Of a stretch of DNA of 20,020 bases, positions 16,144-20,020 are shown piece by piece. Source of the stretch: Candidatus Heimdallarchaeota archaeon (GTDB lineage Archaea; Asgardarchaeota; Heimdallarchaeia; Heimdallarchaeales; Heimdallarchaeaceae); NCBI GenBank assembly GCA_016839945.1, contig JAEOTE010000101.1, positions 1 to 20,020 on the forward strand, in the 5' to 3' direction. Under the pieces are notes generated by a model. The model was not told the DNA's origin. It worked only from the letters and a program-made list of their open reading frames with translations, and searched no databases. The position numbers and the translations under genes were made by a program. The first letter of the stretch is position 1, and each line of letters opens with the position of its first letter.

Positions 16144-16317
16144 TCAACGTTCATTGCTTTTGATTAGTTGTCTTCGATATTTTGAGTATTTCTTTTCTTT
16201 TTCCAAAGAGAATCTTGCCGGTTGTGGGGATATAACTTTTCCACCGCAGTTAGGACATTCTTTACTATTGAGTGTGTATTTTTTGCACTTTGTACATCTA
16301 AAAATAGATTTTGTCAT
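16144..16317 (-). CDS. nop10: H/ACA RNP protein Nop10 (not in the ORF track)
   Basis: Own translation: MTKSIFRCTKCKKYTLNSKECPNCGGKVISPQPARFSLEKEKKYSKYRRQLIKSNER* (57 aa). Contains CxxC, YTL, CPxCG, PARFS and YSKYR, and lies directly downstream of aIF2-alpha. Confidence 0.95.
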   Translation of the reverse strand: MTKSIFRCTKCKKYTLNSKECPNCGGKVISPQPARFSLEKEKKYSKYRRQLIKSNER

Positions 16318-16335
16318 TAGAGGACCTCTTTCTCC

Positions 16336-17133
16336 TTATTTTGATTCAACCACTTTAACTGTTGCATTATGATCTGCTAATGAGCTCTCAACATTATGAA
16401 GAGCTTTTGACATTAATTCTTCTGCAAGTTGATAATCTCGTGCTGAAATAACAAAACGATAGATAGGAGCACCTCTAACATAAAGAGAAATGCTAAGCTC
16501 TTCTTCTTCAGCATCAATTTCATCTCGTGCTTTTAGGGCTTTTTTCAACGCGTTTTTAATTAGATTTACACCATTTCCTTCCCAACAAATTACTTCAAGA
16601 TCTCTTCTTATTTCTACTGTAGGAATTGTTAAATTCTTTTTTGCTATTTCTGTAAGAACACTTGACCATTCCTCAGTTACACCTGCTTCTGAAAAAACAG
16701 ATTCTCCTTTGAATAATGATTCTTCAAAGGCTTGATAGAGACTCCCATAATATGCTGCACATATATCTTCAACTTCAGAACGAGCTGTTTCAAAATCAAC
16801 TTTTCTTTTTTTCGCTCCCATTTCAAGTAGAGTTAGTGCTGTCTTATAATGTTTCCATTCTTCAATTTTAGATCTTTTTAGACCATCAGATACTCTCTTA
16901 ATACTAACATCTATTTGGTTCTCCTTTACTCTCATTACCCTTCCTACGATCTTTTTTCCTAATCTCATAACGTTTCTAATATTTCTAACCCAGGTAGAAC
17001 TAACCTCTGAAACATGGCAATACGCTTGAAGGTCTTCATATTCATCAAGTTTAACGTAAACACCATGATCGTAGATGCTAGAAACGGTACCAATAACAAG
17101 ATCTCCATTTTCGGGAAGATTTCTTCTACTCAT
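16336..17133 (-). CDS. eif2a: Translation initiation factor 2 subunit alpha (aIF2-alpha)
   Basis: LPENGDLVIGTV S1 domain, HVSEVSSTWVRNIR, IDVSIKRV, GVNLIKNAL and GAPIYR. Confidence 0.96.
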   Translation of the reverse strand: MSRRNLPENGDLVIGTVSSIYDHGVYVKLDEYEDLQAYCHVSEVSSTWVRNIRNVMRLGKKIVGRVMRVKENQIDVSIKRVSDGLKRSKIEEWKHYKTALTLLEMGAKKRKVDFETARSEVEDICAAYYGSLYQAFEESLFKGESVFSEAGVTEEWSSVLTEIAKKNLTIPTVEIRRDLEVICWEGNGVNLIKNALKKALKARDEIDAEEEELSISLYVRGAPIYRFVISARDYQLAEELMSKALHNVESSLADHNATVKVVESK

Positions 17134-17203
17134 TCAAATCAATACATTTTTGCTTAATCCTATTTAAAAAGTTAATTAAAGATTAGAATCTATATATTAT
17201 AAT

Positions 17204-17785
17204 GTGAAAACTCATATTCGTACTATTGGCATTGATGACTCAGCGTTTCAACGTGGTATATCATCAAAGACTTTTGTTTTTGGAGTAGTAGTAAGAGATT
17301 ACAGTTTAATTGAAGGTGTTTTAAGAACAGATGTAGAAATCGATGGTTTAGACGCAACTTCGAAAATCGCTGACATGATTCTTCAAAGTAAGTTTCAGAA
17401 TCAACTAAAAGCAATCATTCTAGGAAGCTCAACTATTGCAGCATTTAATGTAATCAATATTAATTTATTATACGAAAAAACTGATATTCCAGTTATTAAT
17501 ATTCTTAATCAGCTTCCAAATGATACAGAAGTAAAAAAAGCACTATCTCATTTGTCTGATTGGGAATTGAGATATGAAATTTTAACAAATAATCCACTAA
17601 TTCAGAGAGTAGAATTTGAGAATCAAATAGGAAATAAATATGAAACAAATATACAGCAAGTTGGATTTAGTAGATTGGAAGAAGTAAAAAACATACTTAA
17701 AATCACATCATTTTCTAGTTCAATTCCTGAATGCTTAAGAATTGCTGATTTAATCGGTCAGAGTTTCAAGTCATTTACTATGTGA
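17204..17785 (+). CDS. DUF99 family protein (endonuclease V-like fold)
   Basis: IRTIGIDDSAF, GVVVR...IEGV, IDGLDAT, AFNVIN and IPECLRIADLI. Confidence 0.85.
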   Translation: MKTHIRTIGIDDSAFQRGISSKTFVFGVVVRDYSLIEGVLRTDVEIDGLDATSKIADMILQSKFQNQLKAIILGSSTIAAFNVININLLYEKTDIPVINILNQLPNDTEVKKALSHLSDWELRYEILTNNPLIQRVEFENQIGNKYETNIQQVGFSRLEEVKNILKITSFSSSIPECLRIADLIGQSFKSFTM

Positions 17786-17793
17786 TTATAGTA

Positions 17794-18231
17794 TCATGGT
17801 TTTTGCTTTGGTATAATTTTCAATTCGTCACACAATTGATTAATCAAGTGAGTAAAGGCTTCTCCACAAATAACTTGTTCTGTTTTATCACTTAAATTCC
17901 ATTTTTCTCTTAGAAATTTAGACAAGATTTTTATCATGTCATAAATTGAATTTTTATTTTTAATATAAACAAAACTTAGAAATGCTTCAACCGCATCGCC
18001 TAATTCACCGCTATTTTTTTTACTTCCTAAATAGCTTCTTAGAGGTGAATTTCGACAAGCATCTGCAAGACTTTTATCCCAGACTTTAATTCCTTGAAGT
18101 TTTTGTTTAGATTCATAAACTGCGGCATTATAAATGAAATTTACAATAGAATCTCCAAACTTAGCAAAATTAGTATTAAGAAGTATCTCTTCTAGTTTTA
18201 AATCAATATTAGGTGAATCCAAAAAAAACAC
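17794..18231 (-). CDS. Archaeal ribonuclease III-like family protein (stand-alone RNase III domain)
   Basis: FAKFGDSIVNFIY and GDAVEAF give the RNase III-type GD and DxxE signatures. No dsRBD is visible. Confidence 0.8.
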   Translation of the reverse strand: MFFLDSPNIDLKLEEILLNTNFAKFGDSIVNFIYNAAVYESKQKLQGIKVWDKSLADACRNSPLRSYLGSKKNSGELGDAVEAFLSFVYIKNKNSIYDMIKILSKFLREKWNLSDKTEQVICGEAFTHLINQLCDELKIIPKQKP

Positions 18232-18233
18232 CT

Positions 18234-18518
18234 TTATTCGATTTTTGCTTTACATAATTCAATAAAATCTTTCACTTCAACCTCTAGTCGTCCAAGTGCT
18301 TCATTAATGGCATCGACAGGATCTGCAGTTTTTTTCTTCATCTTTACTTGAAATACAACAGATTCATAAAAAGATTCATCTCTCCAATATCCAGCAAAAT
18401 CAACATTTTGAGCTTTTAGAAGTTCTTCTCTTAAAAGATTGAATAGTGTGTGAGGATCTGTTTTTTTAATACTAAGCTTAATGTAACCAGGGTCTTTTTT
18501 CAAGATTTTAATATCCAT
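18234..18518 (-). CDS. rpoL: RNA polymerase subunit L (Rpo11), divergent
   Basis: HTLFNLLREELL, VDFAGY and DPVDAINEAL, in the csl4-DUF2067-rpoL context. ATG 18518 follows GAGG. Confidence 0.85.
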   Translation of the reverse strand: MDIKILKKDPGYIKLSIKKTDPHTLFNLLREELLKAQNVDFAGYWRDESFYESVVFQVKMKKKTADPVDAINEALGRLEVEVKDFIELCKAKIE

Positions 18519-18590
18519 TTTCAAACCTCGCAATTCATTCTTTATTACGTGATTTATATATTTTGTTAGTCTAGAGTTTTATTCAAGTGA

Positions 18591-19280
18591 CTATTCTTTG
18601 AAATAACGTCGTCTTATTGACCAATCCTCTTCGATGAATTTGCCATATTCTTGTTTTGTATTTTCATCTGATAATTTCAGAAGCAGATGCTCTATACATT
18701 TTTCAGGTGCCATATTGACCACTATCGAATCTGATAGTTGTCGAAAACATTTGTGTTTAAGCCCTTGGTCAACAATAAATTCTGGTGAATAGTTTGTACA
18801 ATAACTTACAGTTAGAATTATAGTTTTCATGGTTTGTGATCTTACATTAAGAGGAAGTTCCTGCATAAGAACAAACAGTTCTGAAAGGACTTTCTGTACT
18901 TCTTTCATATTAGCCTTTGTAACTAATTCTTGATCAACTACAAATGTTGATATGCCTGAATTTTGAAGAACAGAGGATAAACTATCTAACGATATAATCT
19001 TTGAACCTATTTGTTGAATCAGTTGAAGGTGGTGAGAATAATATCCTTCATTATTTGGTGTAGAAGATCTAACAAACATACTACTCAAATTCTTAACAAG
19101 ATGAGCTGATTGGAAAACGACATCTTTTTCACCAGTAATTCGAATTTTCAATCTTCCTTGTCTATAATTGAGAGAGAATTCTACATGCTTTAATGCGTTA
19201 GATATGGTTTCAATGAAAGATTGTAAATATTCTTTATTTGGAAAGTTTACATAAACTTCTTTTACAGCTGTTTTTGCCAA
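18591..19280 (-). CDS. DUF2067 family protein
   Basis: F.E.I...L, RLKIRITGEK and P...GYY resemble DUF2067, and the gene lies between csl4 and rpoL. TTG 19280 follows GGTGA. Confidence 0.65.
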   Translation of the reverse strand: MAKTAVKEVYVNFPNKEYLQSFIETISNALKHVEFSLNYRQGRLKIRITGEKDVVFQSAHLVKNLSSMFVRSSTPNNEGYYSHHLQLIQQIGSKIISLDSLSSVLQNSGISTFVVDQELVTKANMKEVQKVLSELFVLMQELPLNVRSQTMKTIILTVSYCTNYSPEFIVDQGLKHKCFRQLSDSIVVNMAPEKCIEHLLLKLSDENTKQEYGKFIEEDWSIRRRYFKE

Positions 19281-19310
19281 AAAAATCACCTTTCTTAAGG
19301 AATACAAAGA

Positions 19311-19913
19311 TTATAGTTTGAACGCCAAGTGTCCATTCCCATAATCTATGGTTGTTTTTCTTCTCTCAATTTTTGAGCAGTTAGTACATTTTAGTTTGTT
19401 CCTACCAATTTTCTTGAGTCTTTCTCCACAAGAAGAACAGTTGGACAAAATTACGCCTAGTTGAGAACCTACCAAAGATCCTTGTAATGGAATGGTTTTT
19501 GCATCAATTATTTTTCCCCGAACTATGTCCCCGTGAAAAATAACCTCATCAGCACTATCCAAATATTCTCTAGAGACTTGTGACACATGTGTTACTAGAG
19601 TATATGTTGGGTAAACCTCTTTGTTTTTAATGTAATGAATTGCAATAGTAACCATTTGACGAGAAACATTCACAACACCACCAACGAAGATATCACCATT
19701 TTTTGGGATTATTGTTGTTTTAGCTTTTGGCAATACAGAGATTTCATGTTTCTCTAAATCGATAATTACATTACCGGTTACAGCTGAAAAGATATATTTC
19801 TCATCAGCGTATGTTCCTGATCCCCCTAAAAATTCTTCTTTTACTGCTACTCTAGTGCCTGGATATACTAGTACGTCTGAATCTTTTGTACGATCATAGA
19901 TTTCATTTATCAT
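19311..19913 (-). CDS. csl4: Exosome complex RNA-binding protein Csl4
   Basis: VYPG..V...EEFL.G.GTY, PKNGDI..G.V, HVSQVS..Y, GDIVRGK, LGVI and a CxxC...CxxC...ERRK Zn ribbon. Confidence 0.94.
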   Translation of the reverse strand: MINEIYDRTKDSDVLVYPGTRVAVKEEFLGGSGTYADEKYIFSAVTGNVIIDLEKHEISVLPKAKTTIIPKNGDIFVGGVVNVSRQMVTIAIHYIKNKEVYPTYTLVTHVSQVSREYLDSADEVIFHGDIVRGKIIDAKTIPLQGSLVGSQLGVILSNCSSCGERLKKIGRNKLKCTNCSKIERRKTTIDYGNGHLAFKL

Positions 19914-20020
19914 TCAAAGTCACTTTACTTTTTGATAATTGTAATTCAATACATAAAATATCTTTCCATTACTCACAAAGTGCACTACTAATCAAAAACT
20001 ATATAATATAAACTTCTAAA

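Noticed and set aside
16154-16372. 72-aa plus-strand ORF
   Set aside because: Antisense shadow of nop10 and the aIF2-alpha 3' end.
681-17414. Other short overlapping ORFs in the track (e.g. 681-884, 1214-1420, 3811-4023, 5032-5313, 7052-7330, 8234-8572, 9188-9601, 9778-10068, 11593-11898, 12448-12723, 16490-16735, 17223-17414)
   Set aside because: Antisense or off-frame shadows of well-supported genes, with S/F/I-rich composition and no motifs.

Overview
AT-rich archaeal chromosomal window (archaeal aRF1, aIF2-alpha, RpoF/RpoL, Csl4, Nop10, L21e, BHB tRNA introns, GGTGA/GAGG Shine-Dalgarno motifs). The divergence from Eury/Cren consensus sequences is compatible with an Asgard (Heimdallarchaeia-like) host, but that is inference. 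Most of the window is informational core: aRF1, pyrH, AspRS, the SRP54-TrmY-Pus10-L21e-RpoF-DUF655-RsmA-HemK2 string extended by TrmJ and METTL5, aIF2a-Nop10, DUF99, and Csl4-DUF2067-RpoL-RNase III-like. Two intron-containing tRNA genes lie outside the ORF track: tRNA-Ile(GAU) with a non-canonical D-arm (23/24) intron and tRNA-Leu(UAA) with a canonical 37/38 intron. The most interesting elements are: (1) a tandem pair of long bactofilin-like beta-solenoid proteins between tRNA-Leu and SRP54, one with an N-terminal SHOCT-like domain, both with a basic/aromatic loop, one with a recent 54-bp rung expansion, preceded by structured repeats; (2) a cupin GPI homologue that has lost all three metal-binding histidines, paired with a small wHTH gene; (3) a degenerate TrmY beside an intact Pus10; (4) tandem DinB paralogues.
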